Assembly (NCBI GenBank): GCA_016873775.1
Contig: VGWC01000001.1
Location: 10,141-74,140 of the forward strand
DNA: 64,000 nt
Source of the DNA: Ignavibacteria bacterium
GTDB taxonomy: Bacteria > Bacteroidota > Ignavibacteria > UBA10030 > F1-140-MAGs086
Reading direction: 5' to 3'
The notes beneath the pieces were generated by a model, which saw only the letters and a list, made by a program, of their open reading frames with translations, searched no databases and was not told the DNA's origin. Shown in pieces: positions 9,792-19,744 of the stretch; position 1 is the stretch's first letter; each line of letters opens with the position of its first letter. A program made the position numbers and the translations under genes.

Positions 9792-10777
9792 TGCCGCTGG
9801 TAGATTTATTCGGAAGAAATCACGAGTATTTACGCGTCTCTGTTACTGACCGTTGCAATCTTCATTGCCGATATTGTGTTCCTTCCGAAGGAATAAAAGT
9901 TCAGCGACGCGAAGAAATTCTTTCCTTTGAAGAAATAGAATTGCTTGCGCGCATTTTTGTTACATTGGGAATAAAAAAAATACGGATTACCGGAGGCGAA
10001 CCGTTATTGCGCGATGGCTTAGAAACATTATGCGCTTCTCTCTCTTCCATTGTCGGACTTCGTTCGCTTGCACTTACAACGAACGGCGTTTTGCTTACAG
10101 AAAAAAGTTCTGCACTGAAACACAGCGGAATTCAACAACTCAATATTTCACTTGATACACTTCAGCAACGGCGGTTTGAACACGTTACGAAACGAGCATC
10201 GTTCAACGAAGTTCTGCGAGGTATTGAATCAGCAATTCTTGCCGGATTTGAAGAAGTAAAAATCAATACTGTCGTAATGCGCAATTTCAACGATGATGAA
10301 TTACTGGATTTTGTAGCGTTTGCGAAATCGCTTTCGCTCAATGTTCGCTTTATCGAATTTATGCCTTTTTTAGGAAATGGTTGGAACCACGGAAGATTTG
10401 TTTCATTTCTCGAAATGAAACAAATCATTGAAACACAATTTACCTTAGTTCCAAAATGGAACGAACAAATTCTTCCAGGACCGGCAAAAGAATTTTCGGT
10501 GGATAATAGCAATGCGACGATTGGATTTATTACAACCATGAGCGACCATTTTTGCAGCGATTGTAATCGCTTGCGAATTTCTGCAATGGGAATCATTCGA
10601 AACTGTTTATTTGCCCAAAGCGGTATTGATGTAAAAACTCCATTGCGCAATGGTGCGACAATGAATGAACTGGAAATGCTGATTCGTTCTTCCGTGCTTT
10701 CTAAATGGGAAAAACATCCCGAAGAACATGAACTCGTGCAACTTCAGCAACAATCTATGATAGGAATTGGCGGATAA
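9791..10777 (+). CDS. moaA: GTP 3',8-cyclase MoaA (molybdenum cofactor biosynthesis, radical SAM).
   Basis: 'YLRVSVTDRCNLHCRYCVP' radical-SAM motif and the C-terminal Cys motif CSDCNRLRISAMG. The ATG at 9791 overlaps the stop of the upstream gene; the track ORF begins earlier at 9755. Confidence 0.9.
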   Translation: MPLVDLFGRNHEYLRVSVTDRCNLHCRYCVPSEGIKVQRREEILSFEEIELLARIFVTLGIKKIRITGGEPLLRDGLETLCASLSSIVGLRSLALTTNGVLLTEKSSALKHSGIQQLNISLDTLQQRRFEHVTKRASFNEVLRGIESAILAGFEEVKINTVVMRNFNDDELLDFVAFAKSLSLNVRFIEFMPFLGNGWNHGRFVSFLEMKQIIETQFTLVPKWNEQILPGPAKEFSVDNSNATIGFITTMSDHFCSDCNRLRISAMGIIRNCLFAQSGIDVKTPLRNGATMNELEMLIRSSVLSKWEKHPEEHELVQLQQQSMIGIGG

Positions 10778-11387
10778 TATTTTTTCGATGCAACAGCGAA
10801 CAGACATAACAGGGATTATACTTGCCGGCGGAAAAAGTTTGCGAATGGGTAGTGACAAAGCGCTTCTTTCCTTAGGAAATAGAACGTTATTGCAATGTGT
10901 TGCAGATGCGATGAAACAGGTTTTTCACAATGTGATAATTATTTCTGACAATGGTGAGTGTTATACGGAATTACAATTGCCCGTATTTCCCGATGTGTAT
11001 AAATGTTGCGGACCGTTAGGGGGAATTCATTCGGCGTTTGCTCATTCGTCGTCGGAAAATATTTTTGTTGTATCGTGCGATTTGCCATACATTACTCCCG
11101 AAGTAATTCAATACATCACGAATATTCATTCAAACGGTGATGTCATCATTGTATCACAAGGAAGAATTATTCAACCACTTTGCGGATTATATCAACGAAC
11201 TTGTGTTGCTACGCTCGAACAATGTCTTTTCAAGAGCGAATTTTCTGTGCTGAGATTCTTGCGAAAACTCAATACGTATGTGCTTTCGCTTAATACTCTA
11301 TTCCCTTCTGTAGCAGAACATACGCTAATGAATATCAACACTCCGATAGAATACCGCAGGAGTGTAAATTATTGGTATGGGAATTAA
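10767..11387 (+). CDS. mobA: Molybdenum cofactor guanylyltransferase MobA.
   Basis: 'ITGIILAGGKSLRMGSDKALL' nucleotidyltransferase motif, the expected size, and position directly downstream of moaA. Confidence 0.8.
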   Translation: MADNIFSMQQRTDITGIILAGGKSLRMGSDKALLSLGNRTLLQCVADAMKQVFHNVIIISDNGECYTELQLPVFPDVYKCCGPLGGIHSAFAHSSSENIFVVSCDLPYITPEVIQYITNIHSNGDVIIVSQGRIIQPLCGLYQRTCVATLEQCLFKSEFSVLRFLRKLNTYVLSLNTLFPSVAEHTLMNINTPIEYRRSVNYWYGN

Positions 11388-11467
11388 TAAAAATTTTTTT
11401 TTCATCAATTCGCGAGTATTTTTCTCTCGCTTCTCTTTTACATTTTCAACAACAAGAATTAAATAAT

Positions 11468-11941
11468 ATGTTTCAATTAAGCCGCAGCGGTGAATATGCA
11501 ATTCAAACAATGATAAATTTAGTATCGCAGAAAGATGAATTATCAACAATCGCTCAAATCGTCCAGGAAGAAAGAATTCCGGAGTCATTTGTTCGGAAAA
11601 TCATTCAGCAATTGATTCGCGGAAAACTTCTGAAATCGAAACGTGGAATTCGTGGAGGAATTGCATTGGCAAAACCCCCCTCTTCAATAACCGTATACGA
11701 TATTATTGAAATTACTGAAGGTCCTATCTATTTTAACAAATGCATCATCGGACCACGCGAATGTTCCATAACGTCTTGGTGTTCCGTGCATCCTGTTTGG
11801 CAAGAAGCGCAAAATAAATTTGTAGAAGTTCTGCAAAAAAAAACGATTGAAGATTTATCAAACGAGCGAAAGGTATTGTTTCGGGATTTTACAACGAAAG
11901 TAAATATGAATAAGGAAAAAAGCGACGCGCTTCAAGAATAA
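11468..11941 (+). CDS. Rrf2-family transcriptional regulator, second paralog.
   Basis: 'MFQLSRSGEYAIQTMINL…GIRGGIALAKPP…ITVYDIIEITEG' wHTH plus Cys cluster CIIGPRECSITSWC. The internal ATG at 11468 gives the canonical Rrf2 N-terminus; the track ORF starts at 11372. Confidence 0.8.
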   Translation: MFQLSRSGEYAIQTMINLVSQKDELSTIAQIVQEERIPESFVRKIIQQLIRGKLLKSKRGIRGGIALAKPPSSITVYDIIEITEGPIYFNKCIIGPRECSITSWCSVHPVWQEAQNKFVEVLQKKTIEDLSNERKVLFRDFTTKVNMNKEKSDALQE

Positions 11942-12099
11942 CCTTCAAGGTTTTTTTGATTTTAAAGGCGGTGTTTCACATGAGTTGATGGCTTTCTTAC
12001 AAGACCGTAAACGGTCTTGCTGGACGAAAAAAGAATCATCAATGATTCTTTGGTTTTATTCCGATTTATCGGATTTTTTTGTTTCAGCATAACCATGAA

Positions 12100-12722
12100 A
12101 TGCAATCTGAAAGATTTTTTCCTCGACAAGAAACAACGCGAAAGCATCCTGGACATCATTCGAAAAGAAAAGAAAATAGAAAATACAAAACTGGAACTGA
12201 TACGATGCGACGGGAACAATATTCACGTTATCGAAAACGAAGTCGGCATATCAATGAGCAAGGAGAATTAATTCAAACGCACGGATTCATTATTGACGTA
12301 ACTGGGAAAAAGACACTGGAAAAACAATTCCGACAAGCGCAAAAATTAGAGAGCGTTGGAACGATAGCGGGAGGAATTGCGTACGATTTGAATAATATAC
12401 TTACCATTATTTTTAGGACATTCATCATTACTGAAACGAACAAAAGGAAATCCCGAAAAAATTTATCAAAAGGATGGAGAAGGAGCCGTTTCGATTTATT
12501 GCAAAAATGCTCATACCATTTTGCTTGTGTTGAGCGATTTAGGATTACCAAAACTTGGAGGATGGGAAGCATTCTTGAAAATGAGAGATTTCAATCCGAA
12601 AATTAAAACAATTTTTGCAAGCGGTTACATCGCGCCCATAAGAAATCTGAGTATTTCAAATCAGGCGTAAATGATTTTGTTCAAAAGTCATATTCATCAA
12701 ACGAAATTTTGAAAAAAATTTG
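12100..12722 (+). pseudogene. Decayed hybrid sensor histidine kinase / response regulator remnant, spread over three or more reading frames.
   Basis: Reading frame A carries a PAS-end-like '[19 protein letters not shown]'. Reading frame B carries the HisKA H-box '[32 protein letters not shown]', in which the phospho-accepting His is replaced by Tyr. Reading frames C and D carry receiver-domain pieces '[37 protein letters not shown]' and 'SGVNDFVQKSYSSNEILKKI'. No HATPase_c domain is present. Confidence 0.55.
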
Positions 12723-12811
12723 TGAAGCCATAGAAATTCCCGAAAGTAAAAAATTTTTTTGAAAACAAAATTTTGTATTTTGAGAGAAATTTTATCACTA
12801 ATTGAAATTCT

Positions 12812-13243
12812 ATGAGTCTTCTCTTTAGCCGCCAATGTGAATATGCATTACAAGCCATTCTTTTTCTTGCTACAAAACCGCCAAAAGAAATGGTACCAGC
12901 AAAAGAATTAGCAGAAAAATTGAATATCCCGTATCATTTTTTGGCAAAAATATTTCAAGATTTATCCAGAAAAGGAATATTGGTTTCCTTAAAAGGACCA
13001 ACCGGTGGGTTCACTCTTGGAAAAGCCGCCAAAGAAATTACGCTTTTTCATATTATTGAGGCAATTGATGGAGCAAATTTCATGGAAAATTGCGTTTTAG
13101 GATTTTCTCAATGTGGGGGAGAGAATCCTTGTGCTGTGCATAATAAGTGGGGAGATTTGCGCGATGAAATACATAGGATGCTCACATCAAAAAATATTAT
13201 GCAGTTGTCGAAAGAAATGAAGAAACCTGTATTTCAAGAATAA
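12812..13243 (+). CDS. Rrf2-family transcriptional regulator, third paralog. Closest to the 6294 copy.
   Basis: 'RQCEYALQAILFLATK…ELAEKLNIPYHFLAKIFQDLSRKGILVSLKGPTGGFTL' plus Cys cluster CVLGFSQCGGENPC. Confidence 0.85.
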   Translation: MSLLFSRQCEYALQAILFLATKPPKEMVPAKELAEKLNIPYHFLAKIFQDLSRKGILVSLKGPTGGFTLGKAAKEITLFHIIEAIDGANFMENCVLGFSQCGGENPCAVHNKWGDLRDEIHRMLTSKNIMQLSKEMKKPVFQE

Positions 13244-13394
13244 AGTGGGAGTTTCTTAGTAATAGGATAAAATACTCTTCAATGGTATAGTTTTTGCATA
13301 TAGTTACTCGTGAAGAATTTCATCATACAAAATGTGATGGATTCAACTCAAATTTCTCAAAGCAAACAGATATTTATTTTCACGAATAACAAAT

Positions 13395-14636
13395 ATGCGT
13401 CAAAGCGATAATGTAGGGGAAAATAATGATGCATTTTCAAAAATATTTCCAACGATATTTACAAAAGAAAATGTATCTCGAAATGTTGCCCAAACTGTAA
13501 TTTCATCGAATCAAAAACGAGGCGTGCGGAAAATTCCCCGAGAACTTCTCCGCAAGAAAATTCAATTATCACAAGAGCAGCATTTTGCAAAACGATGTTT
13601 TGTAAAACTTAGTCAAGATTCTCAATTCCTTCGTTCAACAATTCAATTTGCATTTGCGCTTTTATGCGTGTGGATAGGAATTGAATTTTATTTCTTTATG
13701 CAATGGGGGATGTCAAACGGAATGGAAGGTTCGTCATATCGCCCTCCAGGAGTTGAAGGATTTCTTCCCATCAGCGCATTGATGAGTTTGAAATATTGGT
13801 TTGCCACTGGTAGCATCAACGAAATACACCCCGCATCCATTTTTATTCTCCTTGCAATTCTCGCAGTAAGTTTATTCCTGAAAAAAGCATTTTGCAGTTG
13901 GCTTTGTCCCGTTGGAACATTGAGCGAATCGCTGTGGAGAATCGGTGAGACAATATTCGGGAGAAATGCGCGAGTAACCCGATGGCTCGATTATCCATTG
14001 CGTTCTCTAAAGTATGTATTATTGTTGTTTTTCGTGTATTCGATTTGGCAAATGGATGTTCAAAGTTTAGCCGATTTTATTTATAGTCCATATAACAAAA
14101 TGGCGGACGTGAAAATGTATTTGTTCTTTGCCAACATTACATCGTTTGCATTATGGACAATTGTGGTGCTGATGTTTTTTTCGTTGTTCATAAAAAATTT
14201 TTGGTGCCGCTATTTATGCCCGTACGGCGCATTGTTAGGAATGTTGAGTTGGTTAAGTCCCGTAAAAATTTTCCGCAGCAAATCTTCGTGTATTGATTGT
14301 GAGTTATGCACAAAAGTTTGTCCCGCATCAATAAACGTTCACAAAGGAAATACGGTGTGGAGCGACGAATGTACAAGTTGTCTCGAATGTGTTGAAGTGT
14401 GTCCCGTAAAAAATACGTTGGAAGTGAAAACACATTTTACGAACAACCGTGTTTCGAACGTTCTTTTCGGCGTACTTGTGGTTGGAATATTTGCAGCAAT
14501 GACATTCGCCGCAATGCTCGCGAACCAATGGCAAAACAAGATTTCCCAGGAAGAATATTTACAGCGATTTCCCAATATCGAATCGTCATTGTATCAACAC
14601 AATAGAGGAGAAGCGCCGAAAGAAATCAACAAGTAA
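13395..14636 (+). CDS. NapH/MauN/NosR-family membrane polyferredoxin (two CX3CP + two 4Fe-4S ferredoxin motifs).
   Basis: CSWLCPVG and CRYLCPYG membrane-loop motifs, followed by CIDCELCTKVCP and CTSCLECVEVCP ferredoxin motifs, with several TM helices. There is an extra N-terminal extension of about 90 aa, so the start is uncertain. Confidence 0.7.
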   Translation: MRQSDNVGENNDAFSKIFPTIFTKENVSRNVAQTVISSNQKRGVRKIPRELLRKKIQLSQEQHFAKRCFVKLSQDSQFLRSTIQFAFALLCVWIGIEFYFFMQWGMSNGMEGSSYRPPGVEGFLPISALMSLKYWFATGSINEIHPASIFILLAILAVSLFLKKAFCSWLCPVGTLSESLWRIGETIFGRNARVTRWLDYPLRSLKYVLLLFFVYSIWQMDVQSLADFIYSPYNKMADVKMYLFFANITSFALWTIVVLMFFSLFIKNFWCRYLCPYGALLGMLSWLSPVKIFRSKSSCIDCELCTKVCPASINVHKGNTVWSDECTSCLECVEVCPVKNTLEVKTHFTNNRVSNVLFGVLVVGIFAAMTFAAMLANQWQNKISQEEYLQRFPNIESSLYQHNRGEAPKEINK

Positions 14637-14647
14637 CAACAGCGAAA

Positions 14648-15451
14648 ATGACAGAAACGAAAACCATTGAAGATTTTTATGCGCAACTTGCTTCCGATTA
14701 CAATACATTCACAGAACCAAAAAAACGATGGTCGCGCGAGATAGACATTTTTCGTTCACTCGTCCAACGCTATAATATTACATCAGCCATTGATGCAGGA
14801 TGCGGAACGGGATTTCATTCGTTGGTACTTTCGCAACTTGGAGTGAATGTTATCGCCGCAGATGTTTCTCAAGAAATGCTGCGCATTGCAGAAAACCACG
14901 CGAAGCAATACAAAGTCTCGATAACGTTTATCAAATCTTCATTTCAACAACTTTCGCAAACAATATCCACTCGTGTTGATGCAGTATGTTGCTTAGGAAA
15001 TTCCTTCCCCCATTGTCTAACGGAAAAAGAACAACAACATGCGTTGCAGAATTTTATTTCTCTCTTAAAACCGAATGGCGTACTCATCCTTCACTTATTG
15101 AATTATGACCGCATTCTTGCAAAAAATGAGCGCGTGCAAAACGTGAAAAAATTGAACGGAAAAATATTTGTGCGTTTCTACGACTTTCTTTCTTCCACTG
15201 TACGATTCAATGTTTTAATACTAAAAAAAAACGCAGGCAAAATAATTTCTTCGCTTTCTTCTGTTGAATTATATCCTATCAAAAAAAAAGAAATTCATTC
15301 CTTGCTTTCCGATAGTTCAACTTCCTCCGGCGAAAAATTTTCCGAAATACAATTCTACGGCGGACTTTCACTTGAAAATTATTCCGAATCCGCATCGAAG
15401 GATTTAGTTGTTATTGCCCAAAAACAGCGCGCCATCGAAAACGTTTTATAA
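14648..15451 (+). CDS. Class I SAM-dependent methyltransferase.
   Basis: Motif I '[12 protein letters not shown]' and post-I '[11 protein letters not shown]'. Confidence 0.8.
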   Translation: MTETKTIEDFYAQLASDYNTFTEPKKRWSREIDIFRSLVQRYNITSAIDAGCGTGFHSLVLSQLGVNVIAADVSQEMLRIAENHAKQYKVSITFIKSSFQQLSQTISTRVDAVCCLGNSFPHCLTEKEQQHALQNFISLLKPNGVLILHLLNYDRILAKNERVQNVKKLNGKIFVRFYDFLSSTVRFNVLILKKNAGKIISSLSSVELYPIKKKEIHSLLSDSSTSSGEKFSEIQFYGGLSLENYSESASKDLVVIAQKQRAIENVL

Positions 15452-16537
15452 CGCAATTCTTCGGTACTGAAAATACGCCGCACACGCGCCTTCACTGGAA
15501 ACCATCGGCGCACCAAGCGGATGTTCCGGCGTGCATAATGTTCCGAATACTGAACATTCCTTCGGTTTTTTAATACCTTGCAAAACTAATCCTGCGATGC
15601 AATGTTCACTTTCTTGCACAACAATATTTTCGAGTTCAAATATTTTTTCTGCGTCGAACATTTCATATTCTTTTTTCAATCCTAATCCACTGGAAGGAAT
15701 TTCACCAATGCCGCGCCACTTGCGATGAACAATTTCAAAAACTTCGCGAACTAATTCCTGCGCCGGAATATTTCCTGTTCTTCTCACAGAACGCGCATAT
15801 TGATTTTCCACTTCCGCGCGGCGTTCTTCCAATTGCTTAATGCACAAATAAATTCCTTGAAGAATATCAAGCGGTTCAAATCCCGTTACAACAATTGGAA
15901 CGTGATATTTTTTTGCAAGTGGAATATATTCTTCAAATCCCATCACCGTGCATACGTGTCCCGCCGCAAGAAATCCCTGAACCGTATTCTGCGACGATGA
16001 TAAAATTGCTTCCATCGCAGGAGGAACGAGCACGTGCGAAACCAGCATTGAAAAGTTAGCAACATTCTTCTTTTTCGCGTCAAACACTGCCATCGCATTT
16101 GCGGGAGCGGTTGTTTCAAACCCTACAGCAAAAAAAACTATGTACTGTGCAGGATTTTCCATTGCAATTTTTACAGCATCCATTGGCGAATACACAATGC
16201 GTACATCACCGCCATTCGCTTTCACGGAAAATAAATCCATTTTTTTTCCGGGAACACGCAGCATATCGCCGAAGGAACAAAAGATGACATCGTTTCGCGA
16301 TGCGATGGTGATTGCTTTTTCTATCAATTCAACGGGAGTAACGCATACGGGACAACCGGGACCATGAACGAGAGAAATTTTTTTCGGAAGCAATTCATCA
16401 ATACCGAATTTCACAATCGCGTGTGTTTGACCACCGCAAATTTCCATCAGCGACCATGCGCGCGTTGTTATGTCAAAAATTTTTTGAGAAAATTGTTTCG
16501 CGCATTTTGCGTCGCGGTATTCGTCAATGTATTTCAT
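15446..16537 (-). CDS. hypD: [NiFe]-hydrogenase maturation factor HypD.
   Basis: 'MKYIDEYRD…[18 protein letters not shown]…[13 protein letters not shown]' are conserved HypD motifs. Confidence 0.9.
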   Translation of the reverse strand: MKYIDEYRDAKCAKQFSQKIFDITTRAWSLMEICGGQTHAIVKFGIDELLPKKISLVHGPGCPVCVTPVELIEKAITIASRNDVIFCSFGDMLRVPGKKMDLFSVKANGGDVRIVYSPMDAVKIAMENPAQYIVFFAVGFETTAPANAMAVFDAKKKNVANFSMLVSHVLVPPAMEAILSSSQNTVQGFLAAGHVCTVMGFEEYIPLAKKYHVPIVVTGFEPLDILQGIYLCIKQLEERRAEVENQYARSVRRTGNIPAQELVREVFEIVHRKWRGIGEIPSSGLGLKKEYEMFDAEKIFELENIVVQESEHCIAGLVLQGIKKPKECSVFGTLCTPEHPLGAPMVSSEGACAAYFQYRRIAL

Positions 16538-16788
16538 ATATCTCGTTCATTCAGTTCTTTCAACTCATCTATTTCTTTCAAATATTCGAACACGCGGTTT
16601 GCTTCGTCTTTATCTACTTTGCTGATAGCAAATCCTACGTGAACAATCACAAAATCATCAACCGTTGCATCAGGAACATACGAAAGATTTACTTCTTTTA
16701 TTATTCCGCTGAAATTTACTTTTCCTGTTCGTTGCAACGGTTCGTCGTTCGTGATGCTTTCAATTTTTCCTGGAATTGCGAGACACAT
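16534..16788 (-). CDS. hypC: Hydrogenase maturation factor HypC.
   Basis: N-terminal MCLAIPGKI, size 84 aa, and a start that overlaps the hypD stop. Confidence 0.85.
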   Translation of the reverse strand: MCLAIPGKIESITNDEPLQRTGKVNFSGIIKEVNLSYVPDATVDDFVIVHVGFAISKVDKDEANRVFEYLKEIDELKELNERDI

Positions 16789-16808
16789 TTTCGATTTCAG
16801 ATTTCAGA

Positions 16809-19094
16809 TTATTGATTATTCATTGCATAATACATTTGACCGAGCGAAATTCCTCCGTCGTTTGTCGGAATTTTTTGATGCCAATATGGTTCGAAATGTT
16901 CTTCTTGCAAACGATGGATTGCTCGTTCCAATAAAATTGTATTTTGAAAACATCCGCCGCTTAAAACGATTCTCTGTTCGTCGAATCGTTTTGCAAGTTC
17001 AACAATTATCTCTACGAGTGTGTTATGAAATTTTGAAGCAATCATTCCAACGGGAATATTCCTATTCACATCGTCAAGAACAGAAAGAATGATTTGCGAC
17101 CAATCAATAATGATGTGTGATTTGGTATTTGCTGTGAGCGTTTCAACGTTATAGTATTCAACGCAATGCAATGCACAATCAGCAAGACATTCTAATTCCA
17201 TTGCGGCTTGTCCTTCAAAATTTGCGCGTTGTCGAATTCCAAGTATTGATGCAACCGCATCGAATAATCTCCCAACGCTTGTTGTTATCGGCGAGTGTAT
17301 TTTTCGCAAAAGCATATTCTTCAAAAGTTCTTTCTCTATTTCTGTGAACGATGCGACGGAAGAAATTTCCTTCATTGAAAAAACTTTTTCACCGAACAAT
17401 TCTGCCAATACTCCGATTGCTGTTCTTCGCGGTTCTTTTATCGCTTGCTCTCCTCCAGGAAGGCGAAATTGTTTGAATGTTGCAACTCGTGCAAAACTCT
17501 TTTCATTGGCGCATAAAAATTCTCCTCCCCAAATTGTTTCATCAGTTCCGAAACCAGTTCCGTCCCACGCTACGCCGAGAACATTTCCGCGCAAATGATG
17601 TTCTGCCATACACGAAAGAATATGCGCGTAATGATGCTGAATTTTTACTATGTTCGAGTTTTTTTTCACCACAAATTTCGTTGAAAAATAATCGGGATGC
17701 AAATCACAAATATACGTTGTCGGCGATGTTTCGTACAATCTTTGAAAACTTTCAATGACGTTCGCAAATGCTTTTGTTGCCTGCAACGTTTCTAAATCGC
17801 CGATGTGTTGACTGATGAAAATGTTATGCTTCTTTGAAATTGCTACGGTATTTTTCAAATGCGCACCAACAGAAAGAAAAGAATCCTCGCATTGGGTTTC
17901 GATGAATATTGGAAGCGGAGCAAATCCGCGCGAACGTCGAATGAGCATTTCTTTTCCCGCAACAACGCGCACAACGGAATCGTCAACATAGCGAATGATG
18001 GGGCGATTATGTACAAGAAAAACATCGGCAATATTGTTCAAGCGCAACAGCGCTTCATGTTCATCAATGCAAATCGGTTCATCGGAAATATTTCCGCTTG
18101 TTGCAACAACGGGAAATTCTATCTCCCTCATCAAAAGATGATGAAGCGGCGTGTAAGGAAGCATAACACCGAGATACGGATTGTTCGGAGCAACTGCTTT
18201 TGAAATTGTTGATTGCAGTTTGTTGAACGCTACACGCTTCAACAAAACAATCGGTGATTGATGCGACGTAAGAATTTTTTCTTCATATTCAGAAACGACA
18301 CATTCATTTTTTATTTCTTCGAGCGTAGGAAACATCAGCGCCAATGGTTTTTCTTCACGATGTTTTCGTTTTCGTAAACGCTGAACTGCATCGTCATTTC
18401 TTGCGTCAACAATGAGATGAAATCCTCCGAGTCCTTTCAGTGCAACTATTTTTCCATTTCGGATTTCTTCTGCAGTTTGAACAATCGCATCGTGGTGAGA
18501 AGCGACGAGTGTTCCGTTTTCATTCCATACTTCCGTATGCGGTCCACAACGTGCGCACGCATTGGGTTGCGCATGAAATCTTCTGTCGAGAGGATTATGG
18601 TATTCGTTTGCACATTCTCCGCACATCGTAAAAAGTTTCATCGTTGTATTGCTTCTGTCGTACGGAAGCGATTCCATAATAGTAAATCGAGGACCGCAAT
18701 TTGTGCAATTCGTAAAAGGATACAAAAATCTTCTGTTCGTTTCATCGAACATTTCTTTCAGACAATCGTTGCACGTTGCAATATCGGGAAGCATTAGCGC
18801 AGTTTTTTCGTTATCTGTTTCGCTTGAAAGAATTTGAAAATCTGTGAAATTGTTCGGCGCTACAATTGTTGATGAAATATGTTGAATTATTGAAAGCGGT
18901 GGTTTTTCTTCGACAAGTCGCTTCAAGAATAATTCCAACGTTCCACGTGCTTGTTCTGCTTCGATAAGAACACCTTGCGAAGAATTTTTTACCCATCCTT
19001 TGATGTGCATTTCGTTTGCAAGTCGAAAAACGAACGGACGAAAGCCCACTCCTTGCACTGCGCCGTTGATTTCAATATGAATTCGTTGCTTCAT
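16809..19094 (-). CDS. hypF: Carbamoyltransferase HypF.
   Basis: Acylphosphatase-like N-terminus, two CxxC…CxxC zinc-finger pairs (CTNCGPR, CGECANE, CARCGP), YrdC-like and Kae1-like regions, 761 aa. Confidence 0.9.
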   Translation of the reverse strand: MKQRIHIEINGAVQGVGFRPFVFRLANEMHIKGWVKNSSQGVLIEAEQARGTLELFLKRLVEEKPPLSIIQHISSTIVAPNNFTDFQILSSETDNEKTALMLPDIATCNDCLKEMFDETNRRFLYPFTNCTNCGPRFTIMESLPYDRSNTTMKLFTMCGECANEYHNPLDRRFHAQPNACARCGPHTEVWNENGTLVASHHDAIVQTAEEIRNGKIVALKGLGGFHLIVDARNDDAVQRLRKRKHREEKPLALMFPTLEEIKNECVVSEYEEKILTSHQSPIVLLKRVAFNKLQSTISKAVAPNNPYLGVMLPYTPLHHLLMREIEFPVVATSGNISDEPICIDEHEALLRLNNIADVFLVHNRPIIRYVDDSVVRVVAGKEMLIRRSRGFAPLPIFIETQCEDSFLSVGAHLKNTVAISKKHNIFISQHIGDLETLQATKAFANVIESFQRLYETSPTTYICDLHPDYFSTKFVVKKNSNIVKIQHHYAHILSCMAEHHLRGNVLGVAWDGTGFGTDETIWGGEFLCANEKSFARVATFKQFRLPGGEQAIKEPRRTAIGVLAELFGEKVFSMKEISSVASFTEIEKELLKNMLLRKIHSPITTSVGRLFDAVASILGIRQRANFEGQAAMELECLADCALHCVEYYNVETLTANTKSHIIIDWSQIILSVLDDVNRNIPVGMIASKFHNTLVEIIVELAKRFDEQRIVLSGGCFQNTILLERAIHRLQEEHFEPYWHQKIPTNDGGISLGQMYYAMNNQ

Positions 19095-19744
19095 TTCTTA
19101 ACAATCTTTGAACGAAGCCATTCGCACCATTGGGAAATTCCCTTGTTGTTCATGCACGAAATTTCAAACACCAACAGTCTCGGATTGATGCGCAACGCAT
19201 TGTTTTTCAGCAATGTAATATCGAATTGCAAATGCGGAAGCAAATCCGTTTTGTTGATGAGCAAAACCGCTGCGGTACGAAATATTGCAGGATATTTCAA
19301 AGGTTTGTCTTCGCCTTCGGTTACACTGACGACGACGACTTTGAACGTTTCTCCTAAATCGTACGCCGCAGGACAAACAAGATTTCCGACATGTTCGATG
19401 ATAAGCAATTCTGTCGTTTCAAAAGAAATATTTTTCAGCGCATCCTGAATCAATTTCGCATCAAGATGGCACGCGCCGTTGGTGACGATTTGCACAACGG
19501 GAATATGGTGTTTTGCAATTCGTTGCGCATCGAAATCGGTTTGTACATCTCCTTCTATTACACTCACGGAAATACTTCCTTTCCAATATTCCAATGACTT
19601 TTCAAGAATACTTGTTTTTCCCGAACCCGGAGAACTGATGATGTTGATGACAAAAATGTTGTTTGCCTCAAACAACTTGCGGTTTTGTTGTGCAAGTTCA
19701 TCATTTTTTTCAAGAATTTTTCGTTCAATGGTAATAACACTCAT
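19091..19744 (-). CDS. hypB: Hydrogenase nickel-incorporation GTPase HypB.
   Basis: P-loop 'SSPGSGKTS' and the HypB-type GTPase layout. Overlaps the hypF start by 4 nt. Confidence 0.9.
   Translation of the reverse strand: MSVITIERKILEKNDELAQQNRKLFEANNIFVINIISSPGSGKTSILEKSLEYWKGSISVSVIEGDVQTDFDAQRIAKHHIPVVQIVTNGACHLDAKLIQDALKNISFETTELLIIEHVGNLVCPAAYDLGETFKVVVVSVTEGEDKPLKYPAIFRTAAVLLINKTDLLPHLQFDITLLKNNALRINPRLLVFEISCMNNKGISQWCEWLRSKIVKK

Noticed and set aside
11996-12060. Two hairpins (caagaccgtaaacggtcttg; aagaatcatcaatgattctt) after the second Rrf2 gene as intrinsic terminators
   Set aside because: Only the second is followed by a weak T-rich stretch, and both lie within the pseudogene remnant. 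Too uncertain to call as features.
12079-12606. 175-aa ORF starting [14 protein letters not shown] with an Arg/Lys-rich N-terminus
   Set aside because: Only its middle matches a HisKA H-box. The flanks are out-of-frame PAS and receiver fragments, so this is a pseudogene artefact, not a functional protein.
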